From positions 78,523 to 142,522 of the forward strand of contig JBEKSD010000002.1 in assembly GCA_049517335.1 (NCBI GenBank): a DNA stretch of 64,000 nucleotides. Direction: 5' to 3'. The DNA comes from Candidatus Omnitrophota bacterium. Lineage in GTDB: Bacteria; Omnitrophota; Gorgyraeia; Gygaellales; Profunditerraquicolaceae. A program made the translations under genes and the position numbers. Below the pieces are notes generated by a model that was not told where the DNA came from, did not search any database, and saw nothing but the letters and a program-made list of their open reading frames with translations. Positions 27,938 to 36,355 of this stretch are shown here, piece after piece. Every line of letters begins with the position of its first letter. Position 1 is the first letter of the stretch.

Positions 27938-28543
27938 TCAATATTTTCTTATTACTGTAATAAGCTTGCCTATAACCTTAAATTCTTCAAATATTGGCGG
28001 GTAGTTCTGATTAGCGGCTTCTAAATGGAACTTACCGGCTTTAGTACGTAGCCTCTTTAAAGTAACTTCATTATTATCTAAGAGTGCCGCGACTATATCG
28101 TTATTACTGGCATCAGGCCGTTTTTTGATAATGGCAATATCGCCATCAAGAATTCCAGCACCAATCATACTGTCGCCTTTAACCCTTAAAGCAAAAACAT
28201 CATCAAAGCCTAAGCGGCCAAGGAATAAATCATCGGCATCCACATAACCCTGGATTTCTTCATAAGCCAGATTCGGCTTACCGGCCATTATGGTGCCAAT
28301 TATGGGAATCTTGTTAAAGCTGGCGCACTCAGTTAATTCAATTGCCCGGGATTTATTGTTCATACGCCTGACCAAGCCTTTCTGCATTAAAGCCTTTAAA
28401 TAGTCCCTTACTGTGCCCGTGGATTTAAACCCCAGCTCCTCCCCTATTTCACGGATTGTAGGAGGGAGCCTCTCCCCTACCTGTTTACGGATAAAATTAA
28501 GCACTTTTTCCTGCTTCGCAGTCAAATTCGGCTTCTTTTCCAT
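27938..28543 (-). CDS. lexA: LexA repressor
   Basis: about 201 aa from the internal start MEKKPN; N-terminal wHTH IREIGEELGFKSTGTVRDYLKALMQKG; cleavage site A-G; S24 peptidase VKGDSM...K dyad. The track start at 28564 lies inside the operator palindrome. Confidence 0.85.
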   Translation of the reverse strand: MEKKPNLTAKQEKVLNFIRKQVGERLPPTIREIGEELGFKSTGTVRDYLKALMQKGLVRRMNNKSRAIELTECASFNKIPIIGTIMAGKPNLAYEEIQGYVDADDLFLGRLGFDDVFALRVKGDSMIGAGILDGDIAIIKKRPDASNNDIVAALLDNNEVTLKRLRTKAGKFHLEAANQNYPPIFEEFKVIGKLITVIRKY

Positions 28544-28555
28544 GCTTCCACATAT

Positions 28556-28573
28556 ACCACACATTTGTGTGGT
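28556..28573. promoter_or_regulatory. Perfect palindrome ACCACACA-TT-TGTGTGGT in the lexA promoter spacer (candidate LexA operator/SOS box)
   Basis: Lies between a TTGACA -35 and a TATATG -10 on the minus strand, 13-30 nt upstream of the lexA start codon. Confidence 0.45.
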
Positions 28574-28713
28574 TTGTCAAGAAAAAAAACAAGCACCTTA
28601 AGTTTTTGTTCAGCGCAGTCTTTTGCACAAAGCGCAAAGGAAAAGTGCCTTATTATAGTAACATGAAAATATTTGAGAGTATTTCGATAAAATGGTAGAC
28701 GGAATGCAGCGTC

Positions 28714-29184
28714 CTAAAATCCTTTTCTATTTACACTTGTTACAGTTATATCGCCACTCACACGCATCCCTCTTGATTCTTTTCCTGTAGCATTAGAACT
28801 GTCCGCTTGCTTCTCCTTAATAACAATCACAAAAGACTCTTCATTTATTGGAGGCTTACCTTTTTCCCACGGACGCACATATTTAAAAAAGATAGTCGTC
28901 TTCCCTGCCTTAAGCGCTTCGATAGTCCACAGTTGTTTTCCACCTGAACCGATAAGTTTAGGGTTGTTTCCTGAATATGAAGACCTTATCAATTCCAACA
29001 TATCTTTATCTAATGACCTTGCAAATTGCCATCTGTAACCGGTAGTCGCATTTGATTCCAGCGTAATCGTGAAACTCTGGCCAGCATAGGTTTCAATAAC
29101 TTTAACTTGTTTTTGCTCTTGCGCAAAACAAATCGAAGAAAAAAATAACAAAATAAATACGGATTGAATAAGCTTTTTCATCAT
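28714..29184 (-). CDS. Secreted chagasin-family (I42) cysteine-protease inhibitor
   Basis: 156 aa; signal peptide; NATTGYRWQ motif matches the chagasin NPTTG(Y/F)xW loop. Confidence 0.65.
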   Translation of the reverse strand: MMKKLIQSVFILLFFSSICFAQEQKQVKVIETYAGQSFTITLESNATTGYRWQFARSLDKDMLELIRSSYSGNNPKLIGSGGKQLWTIEALKAGKTTIFFKYVRPWEKGKPPINEESFVIVIKEKQADSSNATGKESRGMRVSGDITVTSVNRKGF

Positions 29185-29190
29185 TTATGG

Positions 29191-29217
29191 GGTCAGGCCC
29201 GAAGTTCGGGTCTGACC
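29191..29217. repeat. GC-rich hairpin GGTCAGGCCCGAAGTTCGGGTCTGACC directly upstream of the chagasin-like start; outer arms related to the palindromic element family
   Basis: 11-13 bp stem; no U-tract on either strand. Confidence 0.35.
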
Positions 29218-29333
29218 ACTGTTTTGGGTAAATTACCTATTTCCTAATTATATCACTTCCATTTCAAAATAGTAAATGATTTAGAAAAAAGGGTGGCTGA
29301 ACGATTACTAAACACATCTATTTTCAAATTCAC

Positions 29334-29484
29334 GAGGTGACTCCCTTGAGGACGGGCAGTAATATTGCACAAGGGGACGCCCTCTCTGTAAACAGCTATT
29401 GGCAAATTTGAGAGGTATTCCCGTTAAGGACCCCAGAAAGGAGTCACCATAGAAAGACTCTCTGTAAACAGGTAGGGCAAAATT
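29334..29484. repeat. Two tandem diverged copies (A 29334-29409, B 29410-29484) of an intergenic repeat family (GAGGTGACTCCC...CTCTCTGTAAACAG.TA..GGCAAA)
   Basis: A and B share their 3-prime halves; A carries GGTGACTCC and B its reverse complement GGAGTCACC; a third copy lies at 35079-35131. Confidence 0.5.
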
Positions 29485-29501
29485 AGAGCGGACAAACTTT
29501 C

Positions 29502-30167
29502 TTAAATACATAAAGATGAATCTTCACGAGAAACAATCCTACCATCCTTAAGATAAACCACCCTCGCTGCCTGCGAGCCGAGCTTAGGGTTATGCGTAGT
29601 CAATATAACTGTAAGGTTTTCTTTCTTATTTAAATCAGCCAGTAGGCCAAAAATATCCTCACCGCTTTTTGTATCCAGGTTTCCCGTTGGCTCATCGGCA
29701 AAAAGGATCTTTGGCGATGTAACCAAAGCACGGGCAATAGCCACCCTCTGTTTCTCTCCTCCGGAAAGCTCTTTTGGCAAATGATTTATACGTTTTCCTA
29801 GTCCGACCCGTTCCAATAATTCTCTCGCCTGCCTAGCCTGCTGCGACATGCGCGCAAAAAGCAAAGGCAGTTGCACGTTTTCAATCGCTGTAAGCGTAGG
29901 GATAAGCAAAAAATCCTGAAACACAAATCCTAAATACTTACGGCGCATTGAAACAAGCACATTCTCCTTTGCCTTCGAAACATCTTTACCAAGTATACTT
30001 AAACTCCCACTTGTAATTGTAGTTAAGCAACCAAGGCTATCAAGCAACGTAGTTTTACCTGATCCGGATGGCCCCATAATAGCGATAAAATCTCCTGCCG
30101 CTACCTCAAGATTAACATCACGCACAGCATAAATCTCTTCGGCCAAGAGTTTATAAACTTTAGTCAA
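29502..30167 (-). CDS. ABC transporter ATP-binding protein (MacB/LolD-type)
   Basis: 221 aa; Walker A GPSGSGKTT, signature LSGGEKQRVAIARAL, Walker B ILFADEPT. Confidence 0.85.
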   Translation of the reverse strand: MTKVYKLLAEEIYAVRDVNLEVAAGDFIAIMGPSGSGKTTLLDSLGCLTTITSGSLSILGKDVSKAKENVLVSMRRKYLGFVFQDFLLIPTLTAIENVQLPLLFARMSQQARQARELLERVGLGKRINHLPKELSGGEKQRVAIARALVTSPKILFADEPTGNLDTKSGEDIFGLLADLNKKENLTVILTTHNPKLGSQAARVVYLKDGRIVSREDSSLCI

Positions 30168-30199
30168 TTTATTTGCTTAAATTATATATTCTTTCATAA

Positions 30200-31387
30200 C
30201 TATTCTCCCGCGCGAATCGCTTCTACTGGTTTCATTAGCGATGCCCGCAATGCCGGATATGCCCCGGCCATCAAACCCATAGCCACCGTGGCAAAAAAGG
30301 CTATCAAAAGAAACTCTGGTTTAATCAATACGAGTTTCCCTGACGGCGCATAAGGGAGGGTGTGACGGATGATTTTTTCTACAAGCGCGCTTCCTATAGA
30401 GGCAAGCATCACTCCAAATAACCCGCCGAATACGCAGATAAGCACTGTCTCTGCCCAGATTACCTTAAAGATATCTAGAGCCGAAGCTCCTAAAGCCTTC
30501 ATTACTCCTATTTCACGTGTACGTTCAAAAACCGACATCAGTATTGTGTTGGTTACGCCGATAACCGCAATAAAAATAGCGATTAATGCTATGGAATTAG
30601 CCATTGCCCGCGCCGAAGCCACGAGGTTGAGAATCGTTCCGCGTACCTGGGCAAGGCTGACCACCTGAATCCCCGGTTCGTTGTAAAGCGATTCTTCGAA
30701 CTCACCTATCTGCTGAATATTCTTAAGCTTTATACCAATACCAGTGAGTTTACCTGGTAAATTAAATATACGCTGTGCAGTAGCAAGCGGGATAAAAATA
30801 ACTCCGTCATCTTGTGTTCCGGTACGCTCAAATATCCCTTTCACGGTAAGCACCTTATTAATTCCGGAAACAAAAATCTTATCACCTATTAATCTCTGCT
30901 CTAATTCCGCGGCTTCATAGCCCATGATTGTCTCATCTGCATCGGAACCGGAAAACCATCCGCCGGATTTAAACTTCGACCAAGGTTTTAACTCAATGTA
31001 AGATTTATCTATGCCCATGTAAAGAGCAAATGATCCACGGTTCTGCGGACCGCCTTCCTGATTATAAACACTGGAAACCAATTGGGGCGTGATCTTGTCT
31101 ATGTGCTTGTCTTGTATTATACGCTTATAAACCGCATCATCCATATAGCGTAGCCCGCCGCCACCTTGAAGCATCAGCGTTGCCGCCTCATAGGGACAAC
31201 CCTTAGCCGTAACTAAAAGATGGTAGCCCAATTTATCAATATCCTTATTTAACCCGTTTTGATAACCTGCATCAAAACCAAAAAGACTAACTAATACCGC
31301 AACTGCCACTGCCACGCCTCCTATGGTAAGAGCAGTGCGAATTTTCTTACGTTTCAGGTTCTTATACGCTAAAGAGATGAATTTCAT
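30200..31387 (-). CDS. ABC transporter permease, FtsX/MacB family
   Basis: 395 aa; N-terminal TM helix, large periplasmic domain, C-terminal FtsX 3-TM bundle. Confidence 0.8.
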   Translation of the reverse strand: MKFISLAYKNLKRKKIRTALTIGGVAVAVAVLVSLFGFDAGYQNGLNKDIDKLGYHLLVTAKGCPYEAATLMLQGGGGLRYMDDAVYKRIIQDKHIDKITPQLVSSVYNQEGGPQNRGSFALYMGIDKSYIELKPWSKFKSGGWFSGSDADETIMGYEAAELEQRLIGDKIFVSGINKVLTVKGIFERTGTQDDGVIFIPLATAQRIFNLPGKLTGIGIKLKNIQQIGEFEESLYNEPGIQVVSLAQVRGTILNLVASARAMANSIALIAIFIAVIGVTNTILMSVFERTREIGVMKALGASALDIFKVIWAETVLICVFGGLFGVMLASIGSALVEKIIRHTLPYAPSGKLVLIKPEFLLIAFFATVAMGLMAGAYPALRASLMKPVEAIRAGE

Positions 31388-31758
31388 TTAAGCTCAACTC
31401 CTTCTCCAATAACGGAAATTTGATTATCTTCTTTTTTTACCTTGCCCTCTGCCACTACCTTGCTACCGACTGCCTGCGGTATGGCTATTTCAGAAGGATG
31501 CAAGTCAACTAATATAACTCCCGTAGCATCCTTAAGCATGAACCATCCTCCGGCAGGGCATTCCTGGACAATTTTTCCCTCTAGCCGTACGGACTTCCCG
31601 GAGAACTGATCTGATTGCTTTAAAATTTCTGTCACGGTAGTAACTTTTGCTTGACTAAGCTGGCTGCCGTAAATTCCTGGCTTCTTAGCGCAGCCGTAGA
31701 GAACAAACCATATGGAAATACCCGAAATCAACGTAAAAACTAATAATATTTTCTTCAT
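31384..31758 (-). CDS. Lipoprotein with BOF/YgiW-like OB-fold domain
   Basis: 124 aa; lipobox LYGC; pattern TVTEILKQSDQFSGKSVRLEGKIV...FMLKDATGVILVDL...GSKVVAEGKV typical of YgiW/BOF OB folds. Confidence 0.45.
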   Translation of the reverse strand: MKKILLVFTLISGISIWFVLYGCAKKPGIYGSQLSQAKVTTVTEILKQSDQFSGKSVRLEGKIVQECPAGGWFMLKDATGVILVDLHPSEIAIPQAVGSKVVAEGKVKKEDNQISVIGEGVELK

Positions 31759-31770
31759 CTAAACTCTCCT

Positions 31771-32361
31771 TTATTTCTGCGAAAGTAGCAATAGATCCAA
31801 AAGAATCATATTTTTTCTCAATCCCCGTAACGTCGCCCGGAAATCCTCAGGGCTGTTTGAGCTTGGGTCTTTTACAGAAACATTCCCCTTGATAAAATCG
31901 TCCAGCGTCAGGCCTTTGAACTGTGAAGTAAATTTAGTATTCATAAACTTGCCTGCTTCTGGAGAAGACATCTTTTGGTAATAGAAATCGACTATCTTAC
32001 CGTTTAAATCAGTGGCCATAATAAGCTGCATCCCCCCGTATTTGCCTTTTTGGTTTACCCCATGGACATAGCCGATTGGATCTTTACCCTTAAGCACCGT
32101 GTAAAAAACATAAGGAACATCCAAATTCTCATATACCGGCTCAAGTTTGTCATTCAGTTTATCTTCCACTTCTTTCTTTAATGTTTCTCCACCTTTTTCC
32201 TTAATAGTAACAAAGGTGGTTTTATAGCCGGTGGACTCTGGAAAGATCCTCGCTATGTCTCGGTCAGGGTCATTAAGGCTACAGCCCACCGCAGCCCAGG
32301 CAGAGCTGACGAATAAAAACAGCACGGCAAGAACCATTAGAGTCTTAAATATTTTTTTCAT
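31771..32361 (-). CDS. secreted periplasmic protein (weak FMN_bind-like pattern)
   Basis: Start set at the internal MKKIFKTL signal peptide; no firm motif. Confidence 0.4.
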   Translation of the reverse strand: MKKIFKTLMVLAVLFLFVSSAWAAVGCSLNDPDRDIARIFPESTGYKTTFVTIKEKGGETLKKEVEDKLNDKLEPVYENLDVPYVFYTVLKGKDPIGYVHGVNQKGKYGGMQLIMATDLNGKIVDFYYQKMSSPEAGKFMNTKFTSQFKGLTLDDFIKGNVSVKDPSSNSPEDFRATLRGLRKNMILLDLLLLSQK

Positions 32362-32362
32362 C

Positions 32363-33376
32363 TTAGTCCCCCAAGAAATAGAATTGCACCACAAATCTAT
32401 CTTCCGGCTTTGTATTCATCATACCAAAATCATGCAAGTATGCCGCGCTCAGCTTTGTCGACTGGCTTAGCCTGTATGTTGCACCAAGAGTAAGTGTAGG
32501 CTCATCACTAGATTTTATATGCATATCATTAATCCATGATTTATACTGCAACTCAAACTCTATGTTCTGATGCGCAGGAAGCGTGTAAACTATCTCAGTA
32601 AGATAGCCCAATACCTCATTTTTATCATCGCGGCCATAAGCACATTCTCCCTTAAAAAGAAACGGTCCGTAAAGATACTGTCCGTCTAAACCTACTCTAT
32701 TCTTATTCATCGCATCGGGTGATAAAAGCTTATCTTCAGGAAAAGTACGCATGCCTTCGCTCTCTAGGGTGCGGCCAGATAATAATGAGAGCCCAGCTTG
32801 TAAATTTCTACCTTGGGGTGTTCCTATTCTTAACGTTGCCAGATAGCTGTCGTCCTGGCGGCGTATGCTCATGCCTGATCCTGTTTGCAGACTGGCTTCG
32901 TAATCAAACTTTGGAAATGATCCGCGCATCTGCACACCCCAGTCTTTGTTAAATCCAATATCCTGGTCAGCTAAAGTCTGCAGTAACGTGCTGTGCGTAT
33001 CTACCACCGGCTCAAGGCCAAACGAGGGGGTAAAATGCCCCCCTCTTATTTTAAGATACTGCGAGATTTTATACTCGAGCCAGGCATTATGAATCTCTGC
33101 TCCCCCTGCCTGGTGGGAATTCTCCCTGCTATCATAGGCAGCGCGCATCTGCAGGTCAGCGGTAAGAAAATCTCCGTAATCTCCGGAAAACTTACGGTAT
33201 AATTCAAAACCTGCGGAGCTGTTCATTGTCCCGTTTTTGTCAATCCAACCATCCCGACTGGAATAACCTCCTATAAGGTTTAGTTCCTTATAGAAAAACC
33301 CTTCAGAATCTGCAAAAGCCCAAGATACAGGAAATAAAGCTATTAAGGCTAAGACTATTAATGATTTATAGGGCAT
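32363..33376 (-). CDS. putative outer-membrane beta-barrel protein
   Basis: 337 aa; signal peptide ...SWAFA; alternating aromatic beta-strand pattern; C-terminal YFLGD. Confidence 0.45.
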   Translation of the reverse strand: MPYKSLIVLALIALFPVSWAFADSEGFFYKELNLIGGYSSRDGWIDKNGTMNSSAGFELYRKFSGDYGDFLTADLQMRAAYDSRENSHQAGGAEIHNAWLEYKISQYLKIRGGHFTPSFGLEPVVDTHSTLLQTLADQDIGFNKDWGVQMRGSFPKFDYEASLQTGSGMSIRRQDDSYLATLRIGTPQGRNLQAGLSLLSGRTLESEGMRTFPEDKLLSPDAMNKNRVGLDGQYLYGPFLFKGECAYGRDDKNEVLGYLTEIVYTLPAHQNIEFELQYKSWINDMHIKSSDEPTLTLGATYRLSQSTKLSAAYLHDFGMMNTKPEDRFVVQFYFLGD

Positions 33377-33384
33377 AAATCTTT

Positions 33385-33666
33385 TTACAATTTCCTGAAC
33401 TGTCGGATAAGCTGCAGTATCTCCTCAATCTTTTTTGCGCGCTCAACTCCTGACTTGCCCCGTATAGCTTCGCTGACGCAACCGTTAAAGTGTCTCTCCA
33501 AAACTTTATCTTCTACAGAAACAAGTGCTTTCATTACCGCATGCGTCTGATTGAGGATATCCACGCAATACTTGCGCTCTTCAATCATTCTCTGTATTCC
33601 CCGCACCTGGCCCTCTATCCTCTTTAATGCCACGATGCTCTCTGTGTGATTCGGATATTCCTTCAT
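33385..33666 (-). CDS. CsoR/RcnR/FrmR-family metal-sensing transcriptional repressor (DUF156)
   Basis: About 93 aa from the internal start MKEYPNH; RIEGQVRGIQRMIEE..YCVDIL.Q..AV..AL signature; C-terminal HFNGC. Confidence 0.7.
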   Translation of the reverse strand: MKEYPNHTESIVALKRIEGQVRGIQRMIEERKYCVDILNQTHAVMKALVSVEDKVLERHFNGCVSEAIRGKSGVERAKKIEEILQLIRQFRKL

Positions 33667-33694
33667 AATGCTTCCCTCCTTTATCGTTGTATAT

Positions 33695-33724
33695 AGCATA
33701 CAATAGGGAGGTATAGTATGTCAA
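33695..33724 (-). promoter_or_regulatory. candidate sigma-70 promoter of the csoR-like gene with an embedded ATAC-N-GGGAGG-TAT candidate operator
   Basis: Minus strand reads TTGACAtactatacctccctattgTATGCT, 18-nt spacer; the spacer holds a G/C tract flanked by ATAC/GTAT, reminiscent of CsoR/RcnR sites. Confidence 0.4.
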
Positions 33725-33738
33725 GTATTTTATTAAGA

Positions 33739-33779
33739 CCTGCCCGTGCAAATATTAGCTATAATTACATCCTACGGTA
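33739..33779. repeat. Copy D1 of a 41-nt duplicated segment (core TGCAAATATTAG.TATAATTA.ATC)
   Basis: About 80% identical over 41 nt to 34985-35025; lies between the MFS stop and the csoR promoter. Confidence 0.5.
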
Positions 33780-33785
33780 TTAATT

Positions 33786-34967
33786 CTAATCAGAATATGC
33801 TTTTTGTTTACTGATAGCGCTAATAAATATTGGTAAAGCGGCAATCTGTAAGACTACTGAAAAGATAATCAGGGCAGGCAGTGATTTAACATATAGAATT
33901 CCCATAATAGCGCTCCCTAAAAACCAGGCAATTCCAAATCCGGTATCAAATACACCGAATGCTGTGCTTCTCTTATCTCTGGAAATCACATTAGCGAGCG
34001 TTGCTTTAAGAAGAGATTCTTGCGCACCCAAGCCAATACCCCAGAGTATCATGCCGATAATAATCAAAAAGAACTTGCCCAAGAAGACAAACGGAGCAAA
34101 GAATGCCCCGAGGAAAAAGGCAACTAGCATCACCTTTGGGCCTATTTTGTCTAATAAGCGGCCGAAAATAAGAGAACTGATTCCCGCCATGGCCATAGCT
34201 ACCGCATAAAGAATCGGAATCCAATGCATGGGAACATTTTTTGTTTTATCAAAATGAAATGCGATTAAAGCAAAATCTGCGAATCCCGCTCCAATCAAGG
34301 CTCCACCTGACAGATAAAGCCAGTAAACCTTTGTTAATCCTTTGGTTTCTAAGCCTACAGCTTCTTTTTTATCTAAATCCTGAGGCTTAGGAAAAAACAA
34401 TCTTGCAGCTACAAGCATTACTATACACAATAGTGCTGATATCAAAAGAACGCCATATCCGTATTTATAACTATTTTTTATAAATAACACCCAAGCCACA
34501 ATTAAAGGACCTATTGTTGCACCAAACTGATCCATGAACTCATTAAGCCCGAATACCCAGCCGATACCCATTTCTTTGCCAGCGAAGGAAAGCATGGTCT
34601 CTACCGCTGGTTTCCTGATAGCTCTTCCTGTGCGCTCTAGGATTATCAACACGCAAGCCACGGGCCAATTACCTGCTAAGGCCAAGGCAGGCACGGCAAG
34701 CATATTAATTGCATAACCAACAAAGGCAAAAATCCAATATTTGTGAGTTTTATCGGCAAAAAATCCTGCTATGGAGCGTAGCGCGTAACCGAGTAATTCT
34801 CCAAGACCAGCTACAAATCCCACTACAACGGCACTAGCGCCTAAACTGGATAAAAATGCTCCATTAATACTTCTTCCTCCTTCATAGGTAAAGTCTGCAA
34901 ATAAATTTACAATGCCTATAATCAGCACAAATTCAAATGCAAGTTGAGCAATATTCTTTTTATTCAT
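33786..34967 (-). CDS. MFS transporter
   Basis: About 393 aa from MNKKNIAQ; 12 predicted TM helices. The track start at 34997 falls inside duplicated element D2, where copy D1 reads ACG instead of ATG. Confidence 0.75.
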   Translation of the reverse strand: MNKKNIAQLAFEFVLIIGIVNLFADFTYEGGRSINGAFLSSLGASAVVVGFVAGLGELLGYALRSIAGFFADKTHKYWIFAFVGYAINMLAVPALALAGNWPVACVLIILERTGRAIRKPAVETMLSFAGKEMGIGWVFGLNEFMDQFGATIGPLIVAWVLFIKNSYKYGYGVLLISALLCIVMLVAARLFFPKPQDLDKKEAVGLETKGLTKVYWLYLSGGALIGAGFADFALIAFHFDKTKNVPMHWIPILYAVAMAMAGISSLIFGRLLDKIGPKVMLVAFFLGAFFAPFVFLGKFFLIIIGMILWGIGLGAQESLLKATLANVISRDKRSTAFGVFDTGFGIAWFLGSAIMGILYVKSLPALIIFSVVLQIAALPIFISAISKQKAYSD

Positions 34968-34984
34968 AATTTTTATTATTAAAT

Positions 34985-35025
34985 CCTGTCCATGCAAATA
35001 TTAGATATAATTATATCTTGTAGTA
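34985..35025. repeat. Copy D2 of the 41-nt duplicated segment, immediately upstream of the MFS gene
   Basis: See D1; contains TATAAT-like and TTGCAT-like hexamers on the minus strand. Confidence 0.5.
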
Positions 35026-35078
35026 AGAGATAGTTCAAGATAATCTGATGCCTTTTTTTAGACTTGTCTGAAATTTAA

Positions 35079-35131
35079 GAGGTGACTCCCGTAAGGACGC
35101 CCAGAAATACGGCGCGACAGAAAGACTCTCT
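35079..35131. repeat. Copy C of the GAGGTGACTCCC...AGAAAGACTCTCT intergenic repeat family
   Basis: Shares GAGGTGACTCCCGTAAGGACGCCCAGAAA with copy A and AGAAAGACTCTCT with copy B; lies upstream of the MFS gene (minus). Confidence 0.5.
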
Positions 35132-35216
35132 ATATATAAGCTTTTATAGTTTATATTTAACTCACTCAACACCTGTCTAACCTTCTCCCTCGAATCTCTA
35201 CAGTTAAATTCCCTCT

Positions 35217-36353
35217 CTAAAACCTAACATATTTCTCCGCTTTCTTAATCATCTTAGTTTGCCTGCCTAAGTCTTTGAGAGAGTGAAGCTTTGCTCCATT
35301 TTCCCGCAACGCAAGTATCCGCTCAACCATCACCTGCCCTAAACCGGGAACGCGAAGCAGGTGGTATTTATCAGCATTATTGATATTCACGGGGAAAAAC
35401 TCCGGGTGCAACCTCGCCCACATCTCTTTTGGGTCAAGGCTAAGGGATAGATTGCCGTCTGCCTCAAGAGGAATTTCATCACCTAAAAAGCCGTATTTAC
35501 GGATAAGCCAGTCCGCCTGATAGAGACGGTGCTCGCGCGTTAAAAGGTCGCTGTTATTGACGCTCGATTGTTCACCGGGCAGTTCAGGAGAGCCTGCGCC
35601 GCGCTGGTAAGCGCTAAAATAGATTCGGCTTAAGCCTAATTCCTTATATAATTTCCAAGAGTAGCTGAGAATCTCCTTGTCTGTTTCTTCTGCAGCACCC
35701 ACTACAAACTGGGTAGTATGTTTAACTCCTGCGTAGTAAGAGCCTTTTGCCGTAAGGCGGCTAATGAGCTGTATCGGACGAATGATATCGCGAAGATAAT
35801 TTTTGGTAGTACTTAGATGCCTGAAATTATTTTCACCAGCAGTTTCAATATTTAACGATACAGCGCTTGCCAAGGCAAGGCTTGAGCGAATAGCCGCATC
35901 AGATGCGCCGGGAATAATTTTTAAATGAATGTAACCCCTGAACTGCTTCCTGCGCAAATTAAGCGCCACGCGGTTAATACGCTCCATAGTAGCATCAGGG
36001 CTGTTGCTTACTGCGCTGCTTAAAAAAAGGCCGCTTACCCTGCAGGTTTTGTAATAGGAAAGAAAGGTACTGGTTAACTCCTCAGGGCTCAAGGAACAGC
36101 GCTGGGCGTCTTTCCCAACTCTGAGTGGACAGTATTTACAGTTATTGACGCACTCATTAGAAAGCAAGGTCTTAAAAAGATACATGTATCCGCCGTTAGG
36201 AAGGGTAACCGGGTATATCCATTTATTATCTTTTGAGCGCTTGCGGTGCTCATCTTCTCGGGTTGCGCAGGCACAGGCAAGATCGTATTGTGAATCCTGC
36301 GATAAAATCGTAAGCTTTTCGGTAGTATCAAGACTTCTCTTAATTAATGCCAT
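35217..36353 (-). CDS. putative DNA modification/repair radical SAM protein (TIGR03916-like) with C-terminal HhH
   Basis: 378 aa; CVNNCKYCPLR radical-SAM cluster motif; C-terminal HhH LLRVPGLGQVMVERIL. Confidence 0.7.
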   Translation of the reverse strand: MALIKRSLDTTEKLTILSQDSQYDLACACATREDEHRKRSKDNKWIYPVTLPNGGYMYLFKTLLSNECVNNCKYCPLRVGKDAQRCSLSPEELTSTFLSYYKTCRVSGLFLSSAVSNSPDATMERINRVALNLRRKQFRGYIHLKIIPGASDAAIRSSLALASAVSLNIETAGENNFRHLSTTKNYLRDIIRPIQLISRLTAKGSYYAGVKHTTQFVVGAAEETDKEILSYSWKLYKELGLSRIYFSAYQRGAGSPELPGEQSSVNNSDLLTREHRLYQADWLIRKYGFLGDEIPLEADGNLSLSLDPKEMWARLHPEFFPVNINNADKYHLLRVPGLGQVMVERILALRENGAKLHSLKDLGRQTKMIKKAEKYVRF

Positions 36354-36355
36354 TT

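Noticed and set aside
28544-28564. Longer N-terminal start (MCGICGS) for LexA
   Set aside because: The ATG lies inside the perfect operator palindrome and the promoter -10; the internal MEKKPN start gives a normal-length LexA.
29191-29217. Intrinsic terminator between the ABC operon and the chagasin-like gene
   Set aside because: The hairpin is strong but has no U-tract on either strand; it is treated as a member of the palindromic element family or a 5-prime UTR structure.
29334-29484. CRISPR-like array (tandem repeated units)
   Set aside because: There are only two diverged tandem units with no regular repeat-spacer periodicity, and no cas genes were seen in the window.
34968-34997. Longer N-terminal start (MHGQDLIIKI) for the MFS transporter
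   Set aside because: That ATG sits inside the duplicated 41-nt element, where the paralogous copy reads ACG, so the upstream 10 codons are non-coding promoter sequence.
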